From NCBI GenBank assembly GCA_949739465.1, contig CATIYQ010000065.1:1-35737 (forward strand): a DNA stretch of 35,737 bases, in the 5' to 3' direction. This DNA comes from an uncultured Peptococcaceae bacterium. GTDB taxonomy: Bacteria; Bacillota; Dehalobacteriia; UBA4068; JAAVYR01. Position 1 is the first letter of the stretch, and every line of letters starts with the position of its first letter. Positions 25,600 to 35,419 of the stretch are shown here, one piece after another. Under the pieces are notes generated by a model that saw nothing but the letters and a program-made list of their open reading frames with translations, made no database searches and was not told the DNA's origin. The position numbers and the translations under genes are program-made.

Positions 25600-25639
25600 T
25601 AGGAATTAGAAATTTTTTTCTTGCGTTCTCTAATTGCTT

Positions 25640-25663
25640 TTTGTTACCATATTTGTTACCATA
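25640..25663 (+). repeat. Perfect 12-nt tandem duplication (TTTGTTACCATA x2) upstream of the DtxR-family gene
   Basis: 25640-25651 and 25652-25663 are identical. Each copy carries a TACCAT hexamer, 16-18 nt downstream of a TTGC-type -35 (TTGCGT 25621-25626; TTGCTT 25635-25640). Confidence 0.9.
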
Positions 25664-25690
25664 GAAGTTAAGAAAGAGAGGGTGACCCCC

Positions 25691-26062
25691 ATGCGCAGTC
25701 AAGAATCAGCAGAAATGTATTTAGAGACCATTTTAATTTTGCAGCAACGGAACGGACAAGTCCGCGCCATTGATATCGCAGGCGAGCTGGATTTTTCCAA
25801 GCCCAGCGTCAGCAATGCTATGAAGCTGCTGCAATCTCAAGGCATGGTGGCAATCGACGACGGCAAGCTCATTTCCCTCACGCCCTCAGGCAAAGCCATT
25901 GCAGAAGAAATCTATGAACGGCATTTGCTCTTAACCCAATATCTTGTTCGCTTAGGTGTTGACGAAGACATTGCCGCCCAAGACGCCTGCCGCATCGAGC
26001 ACGTCATCAGCCGAGAAAGTTTCCAAAAAATAAAAGAGCATTGTGAAAAACATATCAAATAA
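25691..26062 (+). CDS. DtxR/MntR-family metal-dependent transcriptional repressor (two-domain, no SH3 domain)
   Basis: 123 aa from the ATG at 25691 (GAGGG upstream): MRSQESAEMYLETILILQQ...FSKPSVSNAMKLL (wHTH)...YERHLLL...DACRIEHV. The track start at 25634 adds a hydrophobic non-homologous extension that overlaps the repeats. Confidence 0.9.
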   Translation: MRSQESAEMYLETILILQQRNGQVRAIDIAGELDFSKPSVSNAMKLLQSQGMVAIDDGKLISLTPSGKAIAEEIYERHLLLTQYLVRLGVDEDIAAQDACRIEHVISRESFQKIKEHCEKHIK

Positions 26063-26098
26063 AAGAGAGGAACGCATACATATGCGCCCCTCTCTTTT
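26061..26098. terminator. Bidirectional intrinsic terminator between the DtxR-family gene (+) and engB (-)
   Basis: AAAAGAGAGG AA CGCATA CA TATGCG CC CCTCTCTTTT: a long interrupted stem with T/A runs on both sides. Confidence 0.75.
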
Positions 26099-26099
26099 A

Positions 26100-26714
26100 T
26101 TATGCTTCTTTTTGATTATCTTCCGGTTCTTCTAATCCCAAGATTTTCCCGATGAGAGAAAGGATTGCTTCTTTTCCCTCTTTGGTTTGAGAGGAGAAAG
26201 GATAAATCCGTTCACGTTCCACACCCAAGGTTTTACTAATCAGGGACAATTGTTTTTCTCTTGCTCCACGGCTAATCTTGTCCAGCTTAGTAGCAATGAC
26301 AATATAGGGAAACCCTTTTTCCTTCAACCAATGATTCATCTGCTTGTCCAACGCAGAAGGCTCATGACGAACATCCACCAGCTGAAAGCAAAACTTATTT
26401 TCAGGGGAATTGGCAAGATATTTTTCAATCATCTTCTTCCAATCTTCCCGAGAGGACTGGGAAACTTTCGCGTAACCATAGCCGGGTAAGTCCACTAAAT
26501 ACCAACTTCGGTCCATTTTATAGAAGTTAATTAGTCTGGTTTTCCCCGGTTGGCTGCTGGTGCGGGCTAAATTTTTGCGGTTGCTTAAGCTGTTAATGAG
26601 AGAAGATTTTCCCACGTTAGACCGTCCCAGCATAGCGATTTCCGGTAATTTTTCTTCAGGGTATTGCTCCGGATACACCGCGCTTGCGACGTATTCCGCT
26701 TTTTTGATTTCCAT
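26100..26714 (-). CDS. engB: Ribosome-biogenesis GTPase EngB/YsxC/YihA
   Basis: 204 aa. GRSNVGKSSLINSL (G1), DLPGYGYA (G3), TKLDK (G4). Directly downstream of lon, as in B. subtilis. Confidence 0.95.
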   Translation of the reverse strand: MEIKKAEYVASAVYPEQYPEEKLPEIAMLGRSNVGKSSLINSLSNRKNLARTSSQPGKTRLINFYKMDRSWYLVDLPGYGYAKVSQSSREDWKKMIEKYLANSPENKFCFQLVDVRHEPSALDKQMNHWLKEKGFPYIVIATKLDKISRGAREKQLSLISKTLGVERERIYPFSSQTKEGKEAILSLIGKILGLEEPEDNQKEA

Positions 26715-26747
26715 GTTCTTTTATCGTTCCATTCTCTTAAATTCTCT

Positions 26748-29174
26748 TTATTTCTTTTTGGGCAGCAAGGCTATGTCCAGAACGTCCTCCATCTGCCCAA
26801 CAAAGTGAAATTTTAATTTTCTTAAGACGCTTTGAGGAATATCCTCTAAGTCTTTTTTATTTGTCTCAGGGAGAATGATTACCTTTGCCCCGTTGCGGTA
26901 AGCCGCCAAGACCTTTTCCTTAATACCACCCACCGGCAGCACCCGCCCGCGCAAAGTGATTTCTCCTGTCATCGCCACCTCATGGCGAATAGGACGTTCC
27001 GTGAGAGCCGAAGCAATAGCTAACGCCATGGTAATACCGGCAGAAGGACCGTCTTTAGGGATAGCGCCTTCCGGCACATGGAGATGAATATCATATTTTT
27101 CCTCCAGCTCCGCGTCAATCCCCAGCTTTTCTCCAATAGAGCGAATATAGGTATAGCCTGTCTGTACGCTTTCTTTCATCACATCGCCCAATTGCCCCGT
27201 CAGAGAGATTTTTCCTTTGCCCGGTAATACTTGGACTTCAATTTCCAATACTTCGCCGCCCACCTGCGTCCAGGCAAGACCGGTAGCTACGCCAACCTGG
27301 TCTGTTTTTTCTTCCGCCGCATAGGGGAATTTTGGCGCGCCCAAATACCCACCAATATTTTGCGCTGTAATCTTAAACGGTCCTGTTTCCCCGTTTACCA
27401 CACTTCTCCCTATTTGACGGCAAACTTTGGCAATAACCCGCTCCAGATTCCGCACGCCCGCTTCCCGCGTGTAGCAGCGTATCATCATACGGATTGCGTT
27501 TTCAGAAAACTGCACGTTTTCCTTTTCCAAGCCATGTTGAATCAAGTTTTTCGGGATTAAATGCCGTTTGGCGATTTCTGTTTTTTCCTCTTGGGTATAG
27601 CTTGGTAAATCAATAACTTCCATTCTATCTAAAAGAGGACGGGGAATGTCGTCTTTTACATTGGCAGTAGTAATAAACATGACCTGAGACAAGTCAAAAG
27701 GCACTTCCAGATAGTGGTCGCTGAAGGTGTTGTTTTGCTCCGGATCTAGCACCTCTAACATGGCGCTTGCCGGATCTCCCCGGAAATCACTGCTCATTTT
27801 GTCGATTTCATCTAAAAGGAACAGCGGGTTTTTCACACCTGCTGTTTTCATATTCTGAATGATACGTCCCGGTAAGGCGCCAATATAAGTCCGTCTGTGA
27901 CCGCGGATTTCCGCTTCGTCCCGCACGCCACCTAAAGAAATGCGGATAAATTTCCGATTTAAGCTTTTGGCAATGGATTGGGCAAGAGAGGTCTTCCCTA
28001 CCCCAGGAGGACCCACCAAGCAAAGAATAGGACTTTTCTTGCGATTAGTTAGCTTGCTGATAGCAAGATACTCTAAGATTCGTTCTTTCACCTTTTCCAA
28101 GCCGTAGTGTTCGCTGTTTAGCACCGCTTCACAATCAGATAGGTTTAGTTTGTCTTTGCTGGTTTTATCCCAGGGCAGGTCTAATATCCAGTCAATATAG
28201 TTCCGCACCACCATGGCTTCTGCCATCATGGGCGGCATTTTTTGCAAGCGGTCCAGTTCGTTATCAAGCTTTTCTCTGACCGCGGCAGGGAATTTAATTT
28301 TCGACGCCTTTGCCTTGAGAGCCGCCACTTCTGACGCCCGTTCATCACCGTCTCCCAACTCTTTCTGGATGGCTTTCATCTGCTCCCGCAGATAGTATTC
28401 TTTTTGAGATTTATCCATCTGCTCTCTGACCCGTTGGGAGATTCGCTTATCCAAGTCGATAATCTCAATTTCCCGATTGACGATACCAATAAGCATTTCC
28501 AGTCGTTCGTCCACCGCTGTCGTATCTAGAATTTTCTGTTTTTCCGGCAGCTTTAATCGCAGATAAGTGGCAATGATATCCGCCAATCTTCTGGGATCTT
28601 CAATGGTGGCAAGGGTAGTCAATGCGTCTGGAGTTATTTTCTTATTTTCTTTGGCATAGCGGTTAAAGCAACGCTCCAAGTTACGAGACAACGCTTCCAG
28701 TTCCACCAAGGAACAAGCAGAGTCCTCCCGAGGACGACTGAGAGATACCAGCATATAGGGCTCATCAAAGATGAACCGCTCGATTTCCGCCCGATATAAC
28801 CCTTCTACCAATACTCGTACCGTTCCTCCCGGCAGCTTCACCAACTGTTTAATCTTCGCCACCGTTCCCATAGAAGCAATATCGTCTTGTCCGGGGTTAT
28901 CCACCTGGGGGTCTGTCTGCATAGATAGGAATATCAATTGTCCCGGAGAGAGCATAGCGTCGTCTACCGCATTGATAGACCGCTCTCTGCCCACATCCAG
29001 ATGAATCATCATATAAGGAAAGACGATAAGACCGCGAAGAGGCAATAGAGGCATTTCAAAAAAATCTTCTTCGGAGAAAAAATCCTCCGGTCGGGCGCCG
29101 CTTTTTTCGATAACCATATCTGACGTTTCACTATGATTGCGATTTATTAAAGAGTCTTCCGAGAATTCTTTCAT
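26748..29174 (-). CDS. lon: ATP-dependent Lon protease (LonA type)
   Basis: 808 aa. LON N-domain ([15 protein letters not shown]). Walker [10 protein letters not shown]. Protease serine motif [17 protein letters not shown] 8 nt upstream. Confidence 0.97.
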   Translation of the reverse strand: MKEFSEDSLINRNHSETSDMVIEKSGARPEDFFSEEDFFEMPLLPLRGLIVFPYMMIHLDVGRERSINAVDDAMLSPGQLIFLSMQTDPQVDNPGQDDIASMGTVAKIKQLVKLPGGTVRVLVEGLYRAEIERFIFDEPYMLVSLSRPREDSACSLVELEALSRNLERCFNRYAKENKKITPDALTTLATIEDPRRLADIIATYLRLKLPEKQKILDTTAVDERLEMLIGIVNREIEIIDLDKRISQRVREQMDKSQKEYYLREQMKAIQKELGDGDERASEVAALKAKASKIKFPAAVREKLDNELDRLQKMPPMMAEAMVVRNYIDWILDLPWDKTSKDKLNLSDCEAVLNSEHYGLEKVKERILEYLAISKLTNRKKSPILCLVGPPGVGKTSLAQSIAKSLNRKFIRISLGGVRDEAEIRGHRRTYIGALPGRIIQNMKTAGVKNPLFLLDEIDKMSSDFRGDPASAMLEVLDPEQNNTFSDHYLEVPFDLSQVMFITTANVKDDIPRPLLDRMEVIDLPSYTQEEKTEIAKRHLIPKNLIQHGLEKENVQFSENAIRMMIRCYTREAGVRNLERVIAKVCRQIGRSVVNGETGPFKITAQNIGGYLGAPKFPYAAEEKTDQVGVATGLAWTQVGGEVLEIEVQVLPGKGKISLTGQLGDVMKESVQTGYTYIRSIGEKLGIDAELEEKYDIHLHVPEGAIPKDGPSAGITMALAIASALTERPIRHEVAMTGEITLRGRVLPVGGIKEKVLAAYRNGAKVIILPETNKKDLEDIPQSVLRKLKFHFVGQMEDVLDIALLPKKK

Positions 29175-29398
29175 TCTTTTCGCTCCTTTGTCAAACTCAA
29201 CTTCTATTTTTCATTACACTATTGCAAAGAATAGCATATCCAATTTTCATTTTCTTCAAAATTCTTTTTAGAAAAAACCATTTTTTACCGGAATCTATTA
29301 AATTATTTTACCATAATTTGCTAAGATATACAATCTTCTTCCTATTATATGAAAATTTCCGGCAGATGCCCCATAGACAAAACAAATATTTCCTCCGA

Positions 29399-29428
29399 TT
29401 GTTCGTGCTATATTGTTCGTGCTATAAT
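29399..29428 (+). promoter_or_regulatory. Promoter for the GNAT gene, built on a perfect 14-nt tandem duplication
   Basis: TTGTTCGTGCTATA occurs twice (29399-29412 and 29413-29426). TTGTTC of copy 1, then 18 nt, then TATAAT (29423-29428), formed at the end of copy 2. Confidence 0.55.
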
Positions 29429-29467
29429 GAAGATAAATATTTTCGTTAAGAGGGGAAAACAAATGTT

Positions 29468-29917
29468 ATGCGTTTTTACGAAACAAAAAACAGAGACAAT
29501 CTGCTGATTGATACGTTACTGAATGTGTGGGAAAAATCTGTCACTGCTACGCATCTATTTTTAAGCAAAGAAGAAATTGCCCAAATTGCTGAATTTGTTC
29601 CCACCGCCTTACAGGAAATCCCCCATTTATTCGTTGCTGTAAATGAGCAGGAACACCCCATTGCCTTCATGGGTATCGCTGAAAGTAAATTGGAAATGCT
29701 CTTCATCACCCCGGAGGAACGGGGCAAAGGCGTCGGTAAAAAACTACTGCAATACGCCATAAAAAATTGGGGCGTCAACGAACTATGCGTTAACGAACAA
29801 AATCCTCTGGCGAAAGGATTTTACGAACATATGGGCTTTCAAGTTTATAAAAGAACGGATACCGACGAGCAAGGGAATCCCTATCCTCTTTTATATATGG
29901 AATTGGCAAATAAGTGA
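29468..29917 (+). CDS. GNAT-family N-acetyltransferase, YjaB-like
   Basis: 149 aa. Collinear similarity to E. coli YjaB as I recall it (W..SV.ATH.FLS.E, VAVNE...P..FM, LFI.P..RG.GVG..L, VNEQN..A.GFY...GF.V, G.PYPLL). Confidence 0.85.
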   Translation: MRFYETKNRDNLLIDTLLNVWEKSVTATHLFLSKEEIAQIAEFVPTALQEIPHLFVAVNEQEHPIAFMGIAESKLEMLFITPEERGKGVGKKLLQYAIKNWGVNELCVNEQNPLAKGFYEHMGFQVYKRTDTDEQGNPYPLLYMELANK

Positions 29918-29940
29918 AACGAAAAATTTCCTTTCATACC

Positions 29941-29976
29941 AAAAAGGAACATCATATTTATATGATGTTCCTTTTT
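29941..29976. terminator. Bidirectional intrinsic terminator between the GNAT gene (+) and clpX (-)
   Basis: Perfect 16-bp stem AAAAAGGAACATCATA (29941-29956) / TATGATGTTCCTTTTT (29961-29976), 4-nt loop. Confidence 0.8.
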
Positions 29977-30000
29977 CTTTCGTCCATTTTTGTTTTTTAT

Positions 30001-31269
30001 TTATGCCGTTTCATTGACGCCTGCGTCTTCATAAAGCTCTTCCTTAGGAATGAGCGTGGGCTGCCCCGCTTCTTCAATAACGTCTTCCGTAATCACACAT
30101 TTACCGATATCCTCCCGAGAAGGGATTTCATACATCAAGTCCTGCATGAGACCTTCCATAATGGAGCGTAACCCCCGCGCGCCGGTATTTCGTTTCATGG
30201 CTTGGCGAGCCACAGCCTTCACAGCCTCTTCCGTAATTTCCAGCGTAACGCCGTCCAATTCAAAAAGTTTTTGATATTGTTTTACCAAGGCGTTTTGTGG
30301 TTCTGTCAATACCCGCACCAGAGCGTCTTCATCCAGTGGTTCTAAAGAAACAACTACTGGTACGCGACCGATAAATTCGGGGATTAAACCGAATTTCAGC
30401 AAGTCCTCCGGCAAAATCTTCTTCAATGTTTCCCCAATATTTTCTTGATTCTTGCTGCGAATGTCCGCCCCAAAGCCCATGGTTTTAGAACTGGTGCGGT
30501 TTTCGATAATTTTCTCAATGCCGGCAAATGCGCCGCCGCAGATAAACAAAATATTGGTGGTGTCGATTTGGATAAATTCCTGATGAGGGTGTTTCCGTCC
30601 GCCTTGGGGCGGCACGCTTGCCACTGTTCCCTCTAAGATTTTCAGTAAGGTCTGCTGCACCCCTTCACCGGATACGTCTCTGGTAATAGACGGATTTTCC
30701 GATTTTCGGGTAATCTTATCAATTTCATCAATATAGATGATACCTTTTTCCGCCCGTTCCACATCAAAGTCGGCGGCTTGCAGGAGCTTGAGAAGGATAT
30801 TTTCTACATCTTCCCCTACATAGCCCGCCTCGGTGAGGGACGTCGCGTCGGCTACGGCAAAAGGCACGTCGATGATGCGCGCCAGCGTTTCTGCAAGCAG
30901 CGTCTTCCCGCTGCCGGTAGGACCAAGCATGAGAATATTGCTTTTCTTTAGCTCTACATCGTCTATTTTGCCGCCCAGTTTAATCCGTTTATAGTGATTA
31001 TACACCGCCACGGACAAGGCTTTTTTCGCGTCTTCTTGTCCGATGACATATTGGTCTAAGAATCCTTTGATTTCCCGCGGTTTTGGTAAATCAACAAATT
31101 CCTCTATCATAGTTTCTTTCATTTCATCATCAATGATTTCACTACATAGAGAAATACATTCGTTGCAAATATACACCCCGGGACCTGCTACTAATTTTTT
31201 CACTTGGTTTTGGGATTTTCCACAAAATGAACACTGCAAACGACCACTGTCTTCCGTAGATTTCGGCAT
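30001..31269 (-). CDS. clpX: ATP-dependent Clp protease ATP-binding subunit ClpX
   Basis: 422 aa. N-terminal zinc finger CSFCGK...CNEC, Walker [17 protein letters not shown]. Confidence 0.97.
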   Translation of the reverse strand: MPKSTEDSGRLQCSFCGKSQNQVKKLVAGPGVYICNECISLCSEIIDDEMKETMIEEFVDLPKPREIKGFLDQYVIGQEDAKKALSVAVYNHYKRIKLGGKIDDVELKKSNILMLGPTGSGKTLLAETLARIIDVPFAVADATSLTEAGYVGEDVENILLKLLQAADFDVERAEKGIIYIDEIDKITRKSENPSITRDVSGEGVQQTLLKILEGTVASVPPQGGRKHPHQEFIQIDTTNILFICGGAFAGIEKIIENRTSSKTMGFGADIRSKNQENIGETLKKILPEDLLKFGLIPEFIGRVPVVVSLEPLDEDALVRVLTEPQNALVKQYQKLFELDGVTLEITEEAVKAVARQAMKRNTGARGLRSIMEGLMQDLMYEIPSREDIGKCVITEDVIEEAGQPTLIPKEELYEDAGVNETA

Positions 31270-31319
31270 GTTCTCACCCTTTCATTTGCTGTTTTTCTTT
31301 TTCGTTTTTACTCCCAAAA

Positions 31320-31919
31320 CTACTTTTGCAGCAAAGTCCTACGTTCAATTACTTCATCAATAATGCCGTATGCCTTCGCTTCTTCCGCCGTCATAAAGTT
31401 GTCGCGTTCGGTATCTTGGGATATTTTCTTAAAACTCTGACCTGTCCGTTCTGCCATGATTCTGTTTAACCGTTCTTTGGTTTCCAAAATCTTTTTGGCA
31501 TGGATTTCAATATCTGTCGCCTGCCCTTGGGCACCGCCTAAAGGCTGGTGAATCATAACCTCGCTATTGGGCAAAGCGTAACGCTTTCCCGACGCGCCAG
31601 CAGTGAGCAGAAACGCCCCCATGCTGGCTGCCATACCAATGCAGATGGTAGATACATCCGGACGGATATATTGCATGGTGTCATAAATAGCCATGCCTGC
31701 TGTGATAACGCCGCCGGGACTGTTGATATATAAATGAATATCTTTATCAGGGTCTTCAGACTCTAAAAATAACAGTTGGGCTACGACTAAATTTGCTACC
31801 GTATCGTCAATAGGACCGCCTAAGAAAATCAAACGGTCTTTGAGCAAGCGGGAATAAATGTCATAAGACCGCTCCCCTCTGTTTGTCTGCTCCACTACCA
31901 TAGGAACTAACATGCTCAT
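31320..31919 (-). CDS. clpP: ATP-dependent Clp protease proteolytic subunit ClpP
   Basis: 199 aa from the ATG at 31919 (GAGGTG 6 nt upstream): [29 protein letters not shown]. Catalytic GMAASMG and HQP motifs. The track start at 31976 adds 19 non-homologous residues. Confidence 0.96.
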   Translation of the reverse strand: MSMLVPMVVEQTNRGERSYDIYSRLLKDRLIFLGGPIDDTVANLVVAQLLFLESEDPDKDIHLYINSPGGVITAGMAIYDTMQYIRPDVSTICIGMAASMGAFLLTAGASGKRYALPNSEVMIHQPLGGAQGQATDIEIHAKKILETKERLNRIMAERTGQSFKKISQDTERDNFMTAEEAKAYGIIDEVIERRTLLQK

Positions 31920-32005
31920 GTTTTTCACCTCTCCCCATAGGATATGATTTCCATATATGTTTATACCCGAAAACACCCGCGAAAATACCGTTCCGTCAAA
32001 ATCTC

Positions 32006-33304
32006 TTATTTTACAACAACAACGCTGTTTTTCACCACATCTGCCGCTTTCATCATTTGCAGGGCAAAGATGTAAGAATCAATTCTGCCGCTCTTTACCA
32101 AATCTTTTTTAATGTCTTCCGCAGTCCGACCGGAGGATTCCGCCATAATGGCAAGCTGTTCATTGAGCATTTCTTCGGAAGGCTCGATATTTTCCTGTTT
32201 GCAGATTTCTTCTAACGCCAAGTCATATTTAACGCTGCCTTCCGCTTGAGGACGATAGTAGTCGGCCATTTGTTCTTTGGTCACTTTGGCATATTCCATG
32301 TATTGTTCCATGGTCATCCCCTGCATCCGCAAGTTTTGTTCCATATCAGCTATCATTTCGTTGATACGACGTTCAATCATTACTTCAGGGATTTCTACTT
32401 CTACCCCTTCCAGCATTTTATCAATAGCCATATCTTTCACACGGTTGTCCGCTTCTTCGTTTGCTTGTTTTACCAACCGTTCTTTCACTTCTTTTTTCAG
32501 GTCTGCCAAGGTATCGGCTGTTTCGCTGACGTCTTTGGCAAAGTCATCATTGAGAGCGGGTAATTCTTTTCTTTTGATATCATGTACAGTTACTTTGAAG
32601 GTAGCGTCTTTCCCGGCAAAGTCCGCTTGATGATAATCTTCGGGGAAGGTTACGTTAACGTCAACGTTCGCCCCTGCTACCACGCCGGTTAATTGTTCTT
32701 CAAAGCCGGGGATAAATGTTTTAGAACCGATTTCCAAAGGATAGCCTTCGCCTTTGCCGCCTGGGAAAGGTTCGCCGTCAATAAAGCCTTCAAAGTCAAT
32801 GGTTAAGGTATCGCCGTTTTTGGATTTTTTTCCGGCTTCTACTTCTACCACTTTGGCAAGGCGTTGCTGCATCCGTTTGATTTCAGCGTCAACATCTTTG
32901 GCTAAGATTTTCACTTCCGGTTTTTTCACTTCCAAGCCTTTATATGCGCCCAGTTTCACTTCCGGTTTTACGGTAACGGTCGCTTTGAATACCAATGGTT
33001 TGTCCAATTCTAATGTTACAATATCGATTTTGGGATTATCCACAGGGTCGATTTTTTCCTGTTCCACAGCGTCCCAATAAGCGTCGGTAATCAATTGGTC
33101 GGCAGCTTCATTTAAGAGATATTCTTTGCCGACGAAATTTTCCAATACCATTCTTGGTACTTTGCCTTTACGGAAACCAGGAATGTTTACCTTTTTGCTA
33201 ACGGCTGCCACCGCTTGATTCATCCCGGCAGTTACTGCTTCTACCGCAACTTCGATTTCCATGGTTACTTCATTTTTTACAGATTTGTCTACAGAAACCT
33301 TCAT
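32006..33304 (-). CDS. tig: Trigger factor (ribosome-associated PPIase chaperone)
   Basis: 432 aa. GFRKGKVP ribosome-binding signature. FKBP-type middle domain (FIPGFEEQL). GAGGAGG upstream. Confidence 0.96.
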   Translation of the reverse strand: MKVSVDKSVKNEVTMEIEVAVEAVTAGMNQAVAAVSKKVNIPGFRKGKVPRMVLENFVGKEYLLNEAADQLITDAYWDAVEQEKIDPVDNPKIDIVTLELDKPLVFKATVTVKPEVKLGAYKGLEVKKPEVKILAKDVDAEIKRMQQRLAKVVEVEAGKKSKNGDTLTIDFEGFIDGEPFPGGKGEGYPLEIGSKTFIPGFEEQLTGVVAGANVDVNVTFPEDYHQADFAGKDATFKVTVHDIKRKELPALNDDFAKDVSETADTLADLKKEVKERLVKQANEEADNRVKDMAIDKMLEGVEVEIPEVMIERRINEMIADMEQNLRMQGMTMEQYMEYAKVTKEQMADYYRPQAEGSVKYDLALEEICKQENIEPSEEMLNEQLAIMAESSGRTAEDIKKDLVKSGRIDSYIFALQMMKAADVVKNSVVVVK

Positions 33305-33404
33305 GAACTTTCCTCCTCAAAACAACAAATGGACTTGATTTTTATTTGCTTTTCCATATTTCGCCGTAGATTTCCTATTCCCTGCTAAAGATAAGCTCCT
33401 CCCC

Positions 33405-33431
33405 TAAAGAAAAACCCCCAAAAATGGGGGG
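33405..33431 (-). terminator. Intrinsic terminator after tRNA-Leu
   Basis: The minus strand reads CCCCCA TTTT TGGGGG followed by TTTTTCTTT (hairpin 33415-33430). Confidence 0.7.
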
Positions 33432-33462
33432 ACCACAGCCAAATACGGTCAATATAAGAAAA

Positions 33463-33545
33463 TGGTGCGGGAGAAGGGACTTGAACCCTTACGGTTGCCC
33501 GCCAGATCCTAAGTCTGGTGCGTCTGCCAATTTCGCCACTCCCGC
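33463..33545 (-). tRNA. tRNA-Leu (anticodon UAG), CCA encoded
   Basis: Hand-folded cloverleaf. Acceptor GCGGGAG/CTCCCGC. Anticodon stem CCAGA/TCTGG with loop CTTAGGA. Long variable arm. T-arm AAGGG-TTCAAGT-CCCTT. 3' ACCA. Confidence 0.9.
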
Positions 33546-33563
33546 ATGCTTACAGCATTAGAT

Positions 33564-33592
33564 ATTTTACCAAACCCCTGTAAAATAGTCAA
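33564..33592 (-). promoter_or_regulatory. Sigma-70/SigA-type promoter for tRNA-Leu
   Basis: Minus strand reads TTGACT (33587-33592), 17 nt, TAAAAT (33564-33569). Confidence 0.65.
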
Positions 33593-33619
33593 CTGTTTTC
33601 TCCTAACCTGCTTTCCCTA

Positions 33620-33657
33620 TAAAACAAACGACGCAAAGCATTCTGCCCTGCGTCGTT
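33620..33657 (-). terminator. Intrinsic terminator after the aminotransferase gene
   Basis: 9-bp stem AACGACGCA (33627-33635) / TGCGTCGTT (33649-33657). Followed on the minus strand by TGTTTTAT. The loop is fairly large (13 nt). Confidence 0.6.
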
Positions 33658-33670
33658 CCGATTATACGAA

Positions 33671-34960
33671 TTATTTCATGTCAGCCAATAGCTTTTCCAC
33701 CGTAACCAATTTCACACAAACGATAAATATTTCCATCGCCTTGCGTAACTCTTCCTCTGTGGGAAAAGACGGCGCAATACGAATATTGGTATCCTCTGGG
33801 TCTTTGCCATAAGGATAAGCAGCGCCAGCCTCCGTCATAATTAAACCTAATTCTTTCGCCTTGGCAATAATAGCTTTGGCGCAACCGGGAAGAGAGTCAA
33901 AGGCAATAAAATAGCCACCGCGAGGACGAATCCAACTGCAAATTTCTAAACCGGTCAATTCTGTTTCCAACGCTGAGAGAACAATCTCAAATTTAGGACG
34001 AAGAATGTCGGCGTGCTTTTTCATAATTTCTACCATACCCGCCATATCCTTAAAGAAACGAGCATGACGCAACTGATTTAATTTATCATGACCAATGGTT
34101 TGAATACACATTTGTTTGCGCACGTCTTCCAAGTTAGCAGGAGATGCCGCCATAGCCGCTACCCCAGAACCAGGAAAAGTAATTTTAGACGTAGACGCAA
34201 ATTTATAGACCATGTCAGGATGACCGGCTTTTTCGCATTCTGCTAAAATCTCCAGCAAATAATCCTGCTTATCATCATATAAATGATGAATCCCATAAGC
34301 ATTATCCCAATAGATGCGAAAATCTGCTGCAGCAGGCGTAAGCCGAGCAAAACGGCGTACCGTTTCATCTGAATAAGTGATGCCCTGAGGATTGGAATAT
34401 TTCGGTACGCACCAAATCCCTTTCACAGCTGGGTCGTTATTCACATATTCTTCTACCATATCCATATCCGGACCATCTTCCGTCATGGGAATGTTAATCA
34501 TCTCAATGCCAAAATATTCTGTAATGGCAAAATGACGGTCATATCCAGGAACAGGGCAAAGAAATTTTACCTTATCCAGCTTACACCAAGGCGTACTGCC
34601 CATAACACCATGGGTCATAGAGCGGGCAACGGTATCAAACATCACATTCAAGCTGGAATTGCCATAAATGATAATCTGGTCACAAGGCACTTCCATCATT
34701 TCCGAAAGCAATCTTTTCGCCTCAGGAATTCCCTCCAGCACCCCGTAATTCCGACAATCAATACCGCTTTCACACTTCATATCAGAATCACTGGTCAAGA
34801 CGTCCATTAAGCCTTTTACCAAATCAAGCTGAGCAGCGGAAGGTCTGCCTCTGGACATATCCAAATATAAATTTTGAGACTTTATCTGTTCAAATTCCTT
34901 GGTTAATTCCTGTTGTTCTTGTAATAATTCTTCTTTTGTCAGATTTTGATAAGCGGTCAT
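33671..34960 (-). CDS. PLP-dependent aminotransferase (class I/II fold), substrate unassigned
   Basis: 429 aa. Fold-type I pattern with a probable PLP-lysine context (FASTSKITFPGSG). Also NPQG and DNAY motifs. GGAGG 5 nt upstream. Confidence 0.85.
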   Translation of the reverse strand: MTAYQNLTKEELLQEQQELTKEFEQIKSQNLYLDMSRGRPSAAQLDLVKGLMDVLTSDSDMKCESGIDCRNYGVLEGIPEAKRLLSEMMEVPCDQIIIYGNSSLNVMFDTVARSMTHGVMGSTPWCKLDKVKFLCPVPGYDRHFAITEYFGIEMINIPMTEDGPDMDMVEEYVNNDPAVKGIWCVPKYSNPQGITYSDETVRRFARLTPAAADFRIYWDNAYGIHHLYDDKQDYLLEILAECEKAGHPDMVYKFASTSKITFPGSGVAAMAASPANLEDVRKQMCIQTIGHDKLNQLRHARFFKDMAGMVEIMKKHADILRPKFEIVLSALETELTGLEICSWIRPRGGYFIAFDSLPGCAKAIIAKAKELGLIMTEAGAAYPYGKDPEDTNIRIAPSFPTEEELRKAMEIFIVCVKLVTVEKLLADMK

Positions 34961-35211
34961 GGCTTCCTCCTTATCGATTCCAATCTATCTCAAATATATT
35001 TCAAAAGATAACTTCTGTTTTTTTGTTTTCCTTGTCCAAACCCAACAGTCCACTTAATAGCATACTCTTTTTTCTCGGAAATGTTAAGCCATTTTCTTAT
35101 GTATTTTGTATTCTTATGAAGGCGCTATTCATGATTCTGCATTTATGCAAAAATACAGCGCATAAAAAAACAGCCGTCCTCTTTTGTCTAGAAGAAAACG
35201 CCTGCTAAATA

Positions 35212-35288
<77 letters not shown>

Positions 35289-35291
35289 ATA

Positions 35292-35365
35292 TGGAGCGGG
35301 TGATGGGAATCGAACCCACGTAGCTAGCTTGGAAGGCTAGAACTCTACCATTGAGTTACACCCGC
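35292..35365 (-). tRNA. tRNA-Gly (anticodon UCC), CCA encoded
   Basis: Acceptor GCGGGTG/CACCCGC. Anticodon stem CTAGC/GCTAG with loop CTTCCAA. T-arm GTGGG-TTCGATT-CCCAT. Confidence 0.9.
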
Positions 35366-35390
35366 ATATAAGCTCACAAGAGCTTTTTAC

Positions 35391-35419
35391 AGTATATAAC
35401 AAATCAAAACAATTTTCAA
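35391..35419 (-). promoter_or_regulatory. Sigma-70/SigA-type promoter for tRNA-Gly/tRNA-Arg
   Basis: Minus strand reads TTGAAA (35414-35419), 17 nt, TATACT (35391-35396). An A/T-tract UP-like element flanked by G6 runs lies upstream (35420-35452). Confidence 0.6.

Noticed and set aside
29175-29330. Searched the lon upstream region, and the clpP upstream region (31920-32005), for CtsR boxes (GGTCAAA direct repeat) or a CIRCE element.
   Set aside because: Only a single GTCAAA half-site was found (near 29189-29195), with no second repeat and no CIRCE palindrome. I also could not define convincing -35/-10 pairs there.
35160-35211. Possible terminator downstream of tRNA-Arg (T7 run on the minus strand near 35164-35170).
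   Set aside because: I could not find a convincing GC-containing stem preceding the T-run. Only short palindromes are present (TGCAT-TT-ATGCA, TCTAGA).
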